A DNA stretch of 64,000 nt from an uncultured Acidobacteriota bacterium (GTDB lineage: Bacteria > Acidobacteriota > Thermoanaerobaculia > UBA5066 > Gp7-AA6), in assembly GCA_963742245.1 (NCBI GenBank), contig CAVULG010000007.1, positions 1,003,834 through 1,067,833 of the forward strand, in the 5' to 3' direction. How positions within the stretch are numbered: the first letter of the stretch is position 1; each line of letters begins with the position of its first letter. Below are positions 1 to 7,299 of the stretch, piece after piece. The notes beneath the pieces were generated by a model, which had not been told where the DNA came from, ran no database searches, and saw only the letters and a list, made by a program, of their open reading frames with translations. Both the position numbers and the translations under genes were made by a program.

Positions 1-387
1 CTGCCGGCCGGGACGCTGCTGGCCGAGGTGGGAGACGATCGCACGCTCGCCGCCGAGCTCGTGGTCTCGGAACGGCTGCTCGACGACCTCGTGCCCGACG
101 CTCCGGTATCGGCCCTCTTTCGCGGACACCCGCGGCCGGTTCGGGGACGGATCATCTCGGTGTCTTCGGCGGCCCTGGCGCAGCCCGGAACGCCGTCGGC
201 GGGCCGGGATCCCGCGGGGCCGCGGCCCCTGCCGGAGAAGTTCATCGCACTCGCGGTCTTCGACAACGCGGACGGGAGCCTGATTCCGGGCATGAACGGC
301 TACGCCAAGATCTACGGCCGACGCGCCTCCTACGCGAGCCGCGCGTGGAGGGTGCTCAAGCGGTGGGTCCAGTCCGTGGCCTGGTAG
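1..387 (+). CDS. C-terminal part of an HlyD/membrane-fusion-like secretion adaptor (5' end outside window)
   Basis: The frame is open from base 1 (same frame as ORF 28..387). The sequence ...LAAELVVSERLLDDLVPDAPV...GRIISVS...GMNGYAKIYG resembles the beta-barrel/C-terminal end of HlyD-type adaptors. A hairpin terminator follows the stop. Confidence 0.5.
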   Translation: MPAGTLLAEVGDDRTLAAELVVSERLLDDLVPDAPVSALFRGHPRPVRGRIISVSSAALAQPGTPSAGRDPAGPRPLPEKFIALAVFDNADGSLIPGMNGYAKIYGRRASYASRAWRVLKRWVQSVAW

Positions 388-415
388 ACCGTAGACCCCG
401 CCCGCCCCAAATGAA

Positions 416-439
416 AACGCCCCGCCGAAGCGGGGCGTT
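416..439. terminator. Bidirectional stem-loop terminator between convergent genes
   Basis: The stem aacgccccgc pairs with gcggggcgtt around a cgaa loop. On the minus strand it is followed by TTTTCATTT, directly after the stop of the 460..954 gene. On the plus strand it is preceded by an A-run. Confidence 0.6.
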
Positions 440-459
440 GGGAAGAGCCTTCCGAGGAG

Positions 460-954
460 TTAGAAGCTCGCTTTGCCCGCGGCGCGACCGGCAACCGACT
501 TGCCCGCGGCGCGTCCCGCGATCGACTTGCCCGCGGCGCGACCGGCAACCGACTTGCCCGCGGCCCGACCGGCAACCGACTTGCCCGCAGCGCGTCCGGC
601 GACCGACTTGCCCGCAGCGCGACCGGCGACCGACTTGCCCGCAGCGCGTCCCGCGACCGACTTGCCCGCAGCGCGACCGGCGACCGACTTGCCCGCGGCG
701 CGACCGGCGACCGACTTGCCCGCAGCGCGTCCGGCGACCGACTTGCCCGCAGCGCGACCGGCGATCGACTTGCCGGCTGCCCGGCCCGCGATCGACTTGC
801 CCGCCGAGCGCGTGGCGACCGAGTGGCTCGTCGGCGACAGAGCCGGGTTTCCACCGAAGCTCTCGACGCGGATCTCCGGCATGTCCTTGCCCGTGGCTTC
901 CCGGATCTTTTCCTTCTGGGCGTCCGTGAGCTTGATCTTGACTTCGTTTGCCAT
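460..954 (-). CDS. 164-aa repeat protein with a unique 50-aa N-terminus (Gly-Gly at residues 34-35) followed by 12 tandem AAGKS[VI]AGR nonapeptides
   Basis: ATG at 954 is preceded by AGGAGG with an 8-nt spacer. A sigma-54-type promoter lies upstream and a hairpin plus T-run lies downstream. The three alternative frames over the repeat lack comparable start and stop signals. Confidence 0.6.
   Translation of the reverse strand: MANEVKIKLTDAQKEKIREATGKDMPEIRVESFGGNPALSPTSHSVATRSAGKSIAGRAAGKSIAGRAAGKSVAGRAAGKSVAGRAAGKSVAGRAAGKSVAGRAAGKSVAGRAAGKSVAGRAAGKSVAGRAAGKSVAGRAAGKSIAGRAAGKSVAGRAAGKASF
463..804. repeat. Tandem 27-nt repeat, about 12.5 copies, inside the 460..954 CDS
   Basis: Direct reading shows the unit gaccgacttgcccgc[ag]gcgcg[at]ccggc iterated head to tail. 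Scattered synonymous or near-synonymous variants occur (V/I codons, gcaacc vs gcgacc). Confidence 0.9.
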
Positions 955-986
955 TGTCTTTTCCTCCTAGTTGCCATTCCCTAAGG

Positions 987-1001
987 GCAATCTGCGGGCC
1001 A
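987..1001 (-). promoter_or_regulatory. Candidate sigma-54 (-24/-12) promoter for the repeat-peptide gene
   Basis: The minus strand reads TGGCCC-GCAGA-TTGC. The GG and GC elements have the exact spacing of the consensus TGGCAC-N5-TTGC. The site is about 33 nt upstream of the ATG at 954, and the adjacent gene encodes a sigma-54 enhancer-binding protein. Confidence 0.55.
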
Positions 1002-1113
1002 GATTGACGCGTTTTGCAAAGCGTGTGTTTTCAGCAGCTTGACAGAATCAGCCGCATCCGATGCCGCAGTTCAGATGAAACTTTTCCGACGCTCGGTTGA
1101 ATTTTTCATCGGA

Positions 1114-2520
1114 TTAGAGGCCGTACTTCCGGCAGAGGTACTTGATCTGGTTCGGGTCGAGCCCGAGACGACGCGCCGCCTCCGCCTTGATCCCGCCCGC
1201 GGCGGCGATGGCCTCGGAAAGGACTCGCCGTTCGAAAGCCTCCACGGCCGACGCGAAGCTTCCCGCTTCGCCGACCGCCTCGGACGCGACGTCGGCCGGT
1301 GCGGGAGCGGCTGCCCGAAAAGACTTCGGCAGCTCGTCCTCACGGATCTCGTCCGCCTCGGCGAAGAGGACCAGCATCTCGACGACGTGCTGCAGCTCGC
1401 GCACGTTGCCTCGCCACGGGTGAGCGGCGAAACGCGCGAGGACCCCTGGCGAGAGACGCCGGAGCGGCTTGCGGTGCCGGTCGGCGAACATCGCGAGGAA
1501 GTGATCGGCGAGGAGCGGAATGTCCTCCCGGCGCTCGCGCAGCGGCGGCAGTCGGATCGGCACCGTGTGGATCCGGTAGAAGAGATCCTCCCGGAACGTG
1601 CCGGCCGCCACCCGCGCCTCGAGGTTCTCGTTCGTCGCCGAAAGGAGGCGGAAGTCCACCGGGATCGGCCGGCGTCCCCCGACGCGCTCGATGACCCGCG
1701 TCTCGAGCACCCGGAGAAGCTTGGACTGCACGGCCGGCGACAGCGTGCCGATCTCGTCGAGAAAGAGCGTCCCTCCGGCGGCGAGCTCGAAGCGCCCGGG
1801 ACGCGACGCGATCGCGCCGGTGAAGGCGCCCTTCTCGTGCCCGAAGAGCTCCGCCTCGGCGAGGGACTCCGGCAGGGCCGACGCGTTGACCGCCACGAAG
1901 GCGCGGTCGCGGCGGGGGCTCGCGGCGTGGATGGCCTGGGCGACGAGGTCCTTGCCCGTGCCGCTCTCGCCGAGGATCAGAACCGTCGCATCGCTGCCCG
2001 CGACCTTCGCGATGTCGGAAGCGAGCGCGCGCATCGGAGCGCTGCGCCCCACGATCCGACTGGAATCCGGCGTTGCGCGCGCGGCCTGGCGGAGCTCCCG
2101 GTTTTCGACGAGCAGCCGCCGCCTCTCCAGAGCGCGGTTGAGGATCAGGAGAAGCTCCGCCGTGTCGATCGGCTTCTGGAAGAAGTCGAACGCCCCGAGT
2201 GCGATCGCCTGGAGCGCATACTGCCGCTCCCCCTCGCCGGACATCATCACGACGGTCGCCTCGGCGTCGCGATGCCGCACGTGGCGAAGCAGGTCGAGCC
2301 CTTCCTGCACCTGCCCCGAGGGCGGCAGACGCATGTCGAAGAGGTAGAGGTCCGGCTCGGAGGCGCAGAGGCTGCGCCCCTGCGTCGCGTCGCGCGCGGA
2401 GGAGACGGCGAACTTGCCCTTGAGCGCCCAGGTCAACTGCTCGAGCAGATCCGCGTCGTCCTCGACGATGAGGATCCGGCCGAGCGCCGCATCTCGCGGG
2501 GACGGCGGCGTCCCGCTCAC
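1114..2520 (-). CDS. Sigma-54-dependent response regulator (NtrC/Fis family enhancer-binding protein)
   Basis: It has a receiver domain (ILIVEDD...LFDMRLP) and an AAA+ sigma-54 interaction domain (GESGTGKDLVAQAIH, GAFTGA). A C-terminal Fis-type HTH is present (AARRLGLDPNQIKYLCRKYGL). It overlaps the upstream kinase gene by 4 nt. Confidence 0.9.
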   Translation of the reverse strand: MSGTPPSPRDAALGRILIVEDDADLLEQLTWALKGKFAVSSARDATQGRSLCASEPDLYLFDMRLPPSGQVQEGLDLLRHVRHRDAEATVVMMSGEGERQYALQAIALGAFDFFQKPIDTAELLLILNRALERRRLLVENRELRQAARATPDSSRIVGRSAPMRALASDIAKVAGSDATVLILGESGTGKDLVAQAIHAASPRRDRAFVAVNASALPESLAEAELFGHEKGAFTGAIASRPGRFELAAGGTLFLDEIGTLSPAVQSKLLRVLETRVIERVGGRRPIPVDFRLLSATNENLEARVAAGTFREDLFYRIHTVPIRLPPLRERREDIPLLADHFLAMFADRHRKPLRRLSPGVLARFAAHPWRGNVRELQHVVEMLVLFAEADEIREDELPKSFRAAAPAPADVASEAVGEAGSFASAVEAFERRVLSEAIAAAGGIKAEAARRLGLDPNQIKYLCRKYGL

Positions 2521-3248
2521 GACGCTCCCCCGGCGATTCCGGGCAGCGAGAGTCGCACCATGGTTCCCCCGCCCGGCTGCGACAGGATCCGGATCGAGCC
2601 GCGGTGGAACTTGACGATCTGCCCCGCGGTCGAGAGGCCGAGCCCGACGCCGTGCGCCTTCGTGGTCTCGAACGGCTGGAAGAGACGGTCGCGCAGGAAC
2701 TCGGCCGTCATGCCCGCGCCGTTGTCGATGAACTCGACGACGGCGCGCGGGCGGCCCTTCCCCTTCGCCCCGCGGGTGCCCCGGGAATAGCTTCGAACCA
2801 GCACACGGCCGTCGGGGCTCGCCGCCTCCCAGGCATTCTCGAGAAGGCTCGCGAACGCGTCCCCGAGGTAGAACGGATCGGCCCAGATCCGGGGCACTTC
2901 CCCGAGGGCGAGCGACACCTTCGGACCCGCTCCGCCGCCACCGGCGGTTCGTCCTCCACGCCGCGTCGGGCGCTCCGCCAGGCGCTGGATCAGCTCGTTG
3001 ACGTCGAGCTCGACCTTGACGAGCACCGTGTCCTCGCGGGCGGCAAAGCGGCCCGCGATCCCCTCGAGCCGTTCCATGGTGGAAGCGAGCAGATCGCGCA
3101 CCGTGCGCCGGAAGTCGGGGTCCTCCCAGTGCTCGTCGAGGTTGGACAGCAGGAGGCGCAGCCGGAAGGACATGTTCTTGACGTCGTGCACGAGGACCCG
3201 GTCGAGCGCCGTGCGCAGGCGCGAAGAGGAGCCGGGGCGCGACGGCAT
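2517..3248 (-). CDS. Short soluble histidine kinase (HisKA-like H-box plus HATPase_c) with no recognisable sensor or membrane domain
   Basis: The H-box is VHDVKNMSFRLRLLLSNL. The ATPase motifs are IDNGAGM, FQPFETTK and GVGLGL. At 243 aa it is only the transmitter core. Confidence 0.8.
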   Translation of the reverse strand: MPSRPGSSSRLRTALDRVLVHDVKNMSFRLRLLLSNLDEHWEDPDFRRTVRDLLASTMERLEGIAGRFAAREDTVLVKVELDVNELIQRLAERPTRRGGRTAGGGGAGPKVSLALGEVPRIWADPFYLGDAFASLLENAWEAASPDGRVLVRSYSRGTRGAKGKGRPRAVVEFIDNGAGMTAEFLRDRLFQPFETTKAHGVGLGLSTAGQIVKFHRGSIRILSQPGGGTMVRLSLPGIAGGAS

Positions 3249-3276
3249 GAACGGTGGCCCGCGGGCAACCCGCCGG

Positions 3277-4038
3277 CTAGCGGCCCCCGGCCGACGCAGG
3301 CGGGAAGCGCACCTGGACCGCCATCCCGGGCCGGAGCATCGACTTGCTCTCGCGCCGGACCCGCACGACGACCTGGAACGTCCCGCTCGCCGCGTCGACG
3401 GTCGGGCTGATGAACTGCACCTCGCCGGTCGTTTTCGCGTCGGGGAAACGGTCGGGAACGACGTCGACTTTCTCGCCCAGGCGCACCTTCAGGAGGCGGT
3501 CTTCGGGCAGGTAGATCCGCGCCAGCAGGGGCTCGGTCGCGGTGACCTTGAAGAGGGGCTCGCTGCCGTCCTCGATCACCTTCTGGCCGATCCGCGCGTA
3601 TTTCTCGGTCACGACGCCCGCAAACGGCGAGCGGATCACGGCGTAGTCGCGCTGCGTCCGGACGCGCTCCCAGCGCGCGACGGCCACGGCGTACTGCGCC
3701 TTCTTCTCGTCGAGACCCTGGGTGCTCATGACCTGGGAGGTCGCCAGCGACTGCGCCCGGTCGTACTCGGCTTTCTTCAGGTCCATATCCTCTTTGGCCT
3801 CGCGCACGTCCGCGTCGAGCGCCCGCGTGTCGAGGGTCGCGAGCACCTGGCCTTGCGTGACCGCGGAGCCCCGGTCGACCGCGATCGACTCGACGATGCC
3901 GGTGATGCGTGCCGAGACGACCACGTCCTGGTCGACCATGAGGTGCGAGGCGTAGACGTGCTCCGGCACCTGCGGGGACGCGCCGTGCGCGAGAGAACCC
4001 GCAAGGAGTAACAGGCCGGCCGAGAGCGCGCTTTTCAC
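3277..4038 (-). CDS. Periplasmic adaptor / membrane-fusion protein (HlyD/RND-MFP family), short form
   Basis: It has a signal peptide (MKSALSAGLLLLAGSLAHG), a lipoyl-like hairpin (ARITGIVESIAVDRGSAVTQGQVLATLD), a coiled-coil segment and a beta-barrel end. No pump or ABC partner gene is adjacent. Confidence 0.75.
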   Translation of the reverse strand: MKSALSAGLLLLAGSLAHGASPQVPEHVYASHLMVDQDVVVSARITGIVESIAVDRGSAVTQGQVLATLDTRALDADVREAKEDMDLKKAEYDRAQSLATSQVMSTQGLDEKKAQYAVAVARWERVRTQRDYAVIRSPFAGVVTEKYARIGQKVIEDGSEPLFKVTATEPLLARIYLPEDRLLKVRLGEKVDVVPDRFPDAKTTGEVQFISPTVDAASGTFQVVVRVRRESKSMLRPGMAVQVRFPPASAGGR

Positions 4039-4078
4039 GTTTCGAGGAGCGCGGTGATGCTATCGTTTAGGTACGTTC

Positions 4079-4423
4079 ATGTCGATCTCCCTGGCCAACG
4101 ACGCGCCCGCGATCGAGCACAAGGGCCTGCGCGCGAACTTCTCCTGGATCATGACGGACCCGTGGGACGAGCGCCGCCTGGCGGCCTTTCTCATGACCAA
4201 GCACCGCCGCAGCGATTCGGACTGGACGCGGCGTCCGTCGCCGTTCTTCGCATCGCTCGGGCAGGCGACGATCGAATGCTCGGTTCCGGTCGCCCGCCCG
4301 GAGGCGCTGCCCGAGCTCGCCGCCATCCTGACCGGGGAGCTCTCGGGCATCCTGACCGGTGCGAGCCGGATCTACGACCAGATGGTCGCCGGCTCGGACT
4401 GGAAGTCCGTCTCTCCCCCCTGA
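4079..4423 (+). CDS. Hypothetical protein (114 aa)
   Basis: The ORF shows GC3-rich codon usage consistent with the neighbours. I recognise no motif. It is divergent from the MFP gene. Confidence 0.4.
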   Translation: MSISLANDAPAIEHKGLRANFSWIMTDPWDERRLAAFLMTKHRRSDSDWTRRPSPFFASLGQATIECSVPVARPEALPELAAILTGELSGILTGASRIYDQMVAGSDWKSVSPP

Positions 4424-4564
4424 ATCGGCCCGAAAACCGGCCGAGCGCCCCGCGAAAAGCCCCATTTCTGTGGGGTCCAAACCGACACGCGGCGGTATAC
4501 GCTTTCGCCGCCCCGGCCCGGAGATCTCCGGCCGGAACCGGCCAGGGTGCTCCAGGAGGTGGCC

Positions 4565-5692
4565 ATGATTTCGGTTCCCTCGCTTCGCCTGAACCAGTTC
4601 GGGGTCAGGTTTTACGAGGCCCTGCTCTCGGGAGCGGATCTCCAGTCGCTCGTGGGCTTCGAAGTCCTCTCCTTCGGTCCGGGCAGCGAGACGACGCGGG
4701 GCAAGTCCAAGGCCGCCGCCGGCCGCGTCAACTGGGAGTTCCTGGAACGGAAGATCTCGGCCTCCGAGCAGGCCTACCAGCGGCCCATCATCAAGAAGAA
4801 GATCGACGAGCTCGTCGCCTACTACCTCCAGTGCGCGGATTCGGGCACCCTGCCGGCCATCCCCGGATCGGTCCTGCTCGTCTCCGAGCGGCGGCTGGAG
4901 TTCGCGCCCTCGAGCGGCCGGGCCGACTCGGGCTCGCTCAAGCTCCCCGAAGACTCGGGCATCCTGCGGGCCCTGGACGGCCAGCACCGGCTGCTGGCCC
5001 TCCACCAGCTCGCCGAAAAGCACAGCCTGCGGGACTTCCAGGTGCCGGCGGTCGTCTTCGACAGCCTCACGCCCGACCAGGTCGTCGAGCTTTTCGTGAC
5101 GATCAACAGCAAGCACACGAAGCTGAACCCGTCGCATTTGATCTCCCTCGCCGGACGCCGGCTCTACCGGGACGACAACCTCGCGGCGGCGCACGACGTC
5201 ATCCGGACCCTCAACGAGGACGAGGGCTCGCCGCTGAAGGGCTCGATCAAGGTGCTCGGCATCGGCAAGGGCACAGTGACGCAGGCCTCCCTCGCCGACG
5301 AGCTGCGCGACGTCTTCGCGGCGATCGACACCGCCGGCGGCCGCGTCGCGAAGGAGTTCCGGGAGAACTCGCGGCGCTTCTTCCTCAACTACTTCAAGGC
5401 CGCGGCCCGGGCCTTTCCCTCCGCGTTCGCCGGCCGCAAGTACTCGATCAAGAGCTCGACGTCGCTGCGGGCCTTCATCCGCATCGTGCCCTACGTCATC
5501 GCGATGGTCCGCAAGCGCGGCGGCGACGTCTGGTCCGCGGGCGAGCTCGACGCGGCGCTCCGGCCCTGGGCGGAGGCGATCGGCGACCGCCGCTTCGAAA
5601 CCGAAACCGTGTGGAAGGAAAAGCTCACGGGCGGAACCCGCTCCGCGGTCGAGATCCTGGCCCGGGAGCTCCGGCAGGGGCTCAACACCTGA
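4565..5692 (+). CDS. DGQHR-domain protein (DndB-like, ParB/Srx-fold superfamily)
   Basis: The literal DGQHR motif is present (RALDGQHRLLALHQL), together with QRPIIKKKIDELVAYY and FVTINSKHTKLNPSHL blocks typical of DndB/DGQHR proteins. I chose the ATG at 4565 because GGAGG lies 5 nt upstream. The ORF track starts at GTG 4547. Confidence 0.8.
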   Translation: MISVPSLRLNQFGVRFYEALLSGADLQSLVGFEVLSFGPGSETTRGKSKAAAGRVNWEFLERKISASEQAYQRPIIKKKIDELVAYYLQCADSGTLPAIPGSVLLVSERRLEFAPSSGRADSGSLKLPEDSGILRALDGQHRLLALHQLAEKHSLRDFQVPAVVFDSLTPDQVVELFVTINSKHTKLNPSHLISLAGRRLYRDDNLAAAHDVIRTLNEDEGSPLKGSIKVLGIGKGTVTQASLADELRDVFAAIDTAGGRVAKEFRENSRRFFLNYFKAAARAFPSAFAGRKYSIKSSTSLRAFIRIVPYVIAMVRKRGGDVWSAGELDAALRPWAEAIGDRRFETETVWKEKLTGGTRSAVEILARELRQGLNT

Positions 5693-5740
5693 ACCTCCGC
5701 CGGCGCGTTGCGTAATTAATAGCGGAGGTCAGCGAAAAGA

Positions 5741-6331
5741 ATGGCGTTCCTCGGCGGTTGTCTCACGATCCTGGTCGTCGGCGCGGTCTTCGCCGCCATC
5801 TGGGCGATCTGGCGCTACAACAACCTCGTTTCCCTCCGGAACCAGACGGCCAACGGCTGGAAGCAGATCGACGTCCAGCTCAAGCGCCGGCACGACCTGA
5901 TTCCCAACCTCGTGTCGGCGGTGAAGGGCGAGATGCAGTTCGAGCAGGACACGCTCGAGAAGGTCATCCAGGCCCGCAACGCGGCCGCGGGCGCCCGCGG
6001 CGTCGCCGACGCGGCGGACAAGGAGAATGCGCTGACGCAGTCGCTCGGCCGCCTCTTCGCACTGGCCGAGAACTATCCGCAGCTGAAGGCCAACGAGTCG
6101 GTCAAGGCCCTCATGGAAGAGCTCTCCTCGACGGAGAACCGGATCGGCTTCGCGCGCCAGTTCTACAACGACATCGCGACGCGCTACAACACGGCGCAGC
6201 AGGTCTTCCCCGACAACCTGATCGCCCAGACGTTCAAGTTCCAGCCGGTCGAGCTCTTCGAGATCCAGGATCCCGCGGAGCGGGTCGTGCCCAAGGTCGA
6301 CCTGAGCCTGAGGCCGCCTTCTCAGGGGTGA
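5741..6331 (+). CDS. lemA: LemA family protein
   Basis: It has an N-terminal TM helix followed by NLVSLRN...WKQIDVQLKRRHDLIPNLV...ENYPQLKANE...FARQFYND, the LemA signature. Confidence 0.9.
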   Translation: MAFLGGCLTILVVGAVFAAIWAIWRYNNLVSLRNQTANGWKQIDVQLKRRHDLIPNLVSAVKGEMQFEQDTLEKVIQARNAAAGARGVADAADKENALTQSLGRLFALAENYPQLKANESVKALMEELSSTENRIGFARQFYNDIATRYNTAQQVFPDNLIAQTFKFQPVELFEIQDPAERVVPKVDLSLRPPSQG

Positions 6332-7281
6332 CCAACCTCTACGATCAGCAGAAGCGCAACATCGCGAACACGCGGCTCTTCATCGCCGGGTTCGTGATGC
6401 TGCTCGCGATCGTCGGCCTCGGCGCCGACGGCATGCTGTACGTGGGCGGGTTTTCCCCGGGTCTTCCCATCGCGACACTGGGTGCCCTGGCGCTCGGCGG
6501 CTTTTCGGCCGTCTGGTCCCTCCACGGCGGCGACCGTGCGGTGCTCGAGTCCGCGACGGCGATGCCCCTCGACCGCAGCGACCCGAAGCAGAAGATGCTC
6601 GAGAACGTCGTCGAGGAGATCGCGATCGCCGGCGGCCTGCCCAAGCCCGCGATCTACGTGATTCCCGACTCCGACCCCAACGCCTTCGCGACCGGAGTCG
6701 GGCCCGAACGGGCCTCGATCGCCGTCACGCGCGGGCTGCTCGACACGCTCGATCGCGACGAGCTCCAGGGCGTCGTCGCCCACGAGCTCGCGCACGTCAA
6801 GAACTACGACGTGCGGCTCATGACGGTCGTCGCGGCGCTCGCCGGCGCGATCCTCCTGCTCTCGGACTGGAGCCGGCGGGGGCTGCGCTTCGGGCGGCGC
6901 AGCTCCTCGGAGAAAAGCGGAGGCCTCGGCATCCTCTTCGTCCTGCTCTGGATCGTGTCGATCATCCTCGCGCCGATCATCGCCCGGATCGTCTCGCTGG
7001 CCGTGTCGCGCCAGCGGGAATACCTCGCCGACGCCTCGGGTGCGGAGCTGACGCGCAATCCTCTGGGTCTCGCCTCGGCGCTCGAGAAGATCGCGGCGGC
7101 GGTCCAACCGACTCCGTCGATCAAGCAGGGCATCGCGCATCTCTGCATCGAGGATCCGCGCGGCCGCGCCGTCAACGAGCGGCAGGGCTTCTTCGCCGAC
7201 CTCTTCGCGACGCATCCGCCCGTGGAGAAGCGGATCGCGATCCTGCGCGAGATGGCCTACCAGACCGTCCGACCCCGCTGA
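6328..7281 (+). CDS. M48-family zinc metallopeptidase (HtpX-like), membrane bound
   Basis: The HELAHVKNYD (HExxH) motif and TM segments are present. The GTG start at 6328 overlaps the LemA stop (GTGA). The upstream part of ORF 5758..7281 is only the LemA shadow frame. Confidence 0.85.
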   Translation: MTNLYDQQKRNIANTRLFIAGFVMLLAIVGLGADGMLYVGGFSPGLPIATLGALALGGFSAVWSLHGGDRAVLESATAMPLDRSDPKQKMLENVVEEIAIAGGLPKPAIYVIPDSDPNAFATGVGPERASIAVTRGLLDTLDRDELQGVVAHELAHVKNYDVRLMTVVAALAGAILLLSDWSRRGLRFGRRSSSEKSGGLGILFVLLWIVSIILAPIIARIVSLAVSRQREYLADASGAELTRNPLGLASALEKIAAAVQPTPSIKQGIAHLCIEDPRGRAVNERQGFFADLFATHPPVEKRIAILREMAYQTVRPR

Positions 7282-7299
7282 GCGCGGGCCTGGAACCCG

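Noticed and set aside
463-804. The possibility that the 27-nt repeat array is a CRISPR array
   Set aside because: The repeats are directly contiguous with no spacers, are shorter than most CRISPR repeats, lie inside an ORF, and no cas genes are present.
330-977. Three alternative reading frames across the 27-nt repeat (330-977 minus, 345-929 plus, 473-970 plus), for example a PAARPATDL repeat protein
   Set aside because: Any frame of a tandem 27-nt repeat stays open. Only the 460-954 minus frame combines a non-repetitive N-terminus, a strong SD, an upstream promoter-like element and a downstream terminator. Residual uncertainty is reflected in the confidence value.
4054-5715. A 553-aa plus-strand ORF covering both the 114-aa ORF and the DGQHR gene in another frame
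   Set aside because: It gives a Pro/Arg/Gly-rich nonsense translation. The DGQHR frame contains the family motif and an SD-preceded ATG.
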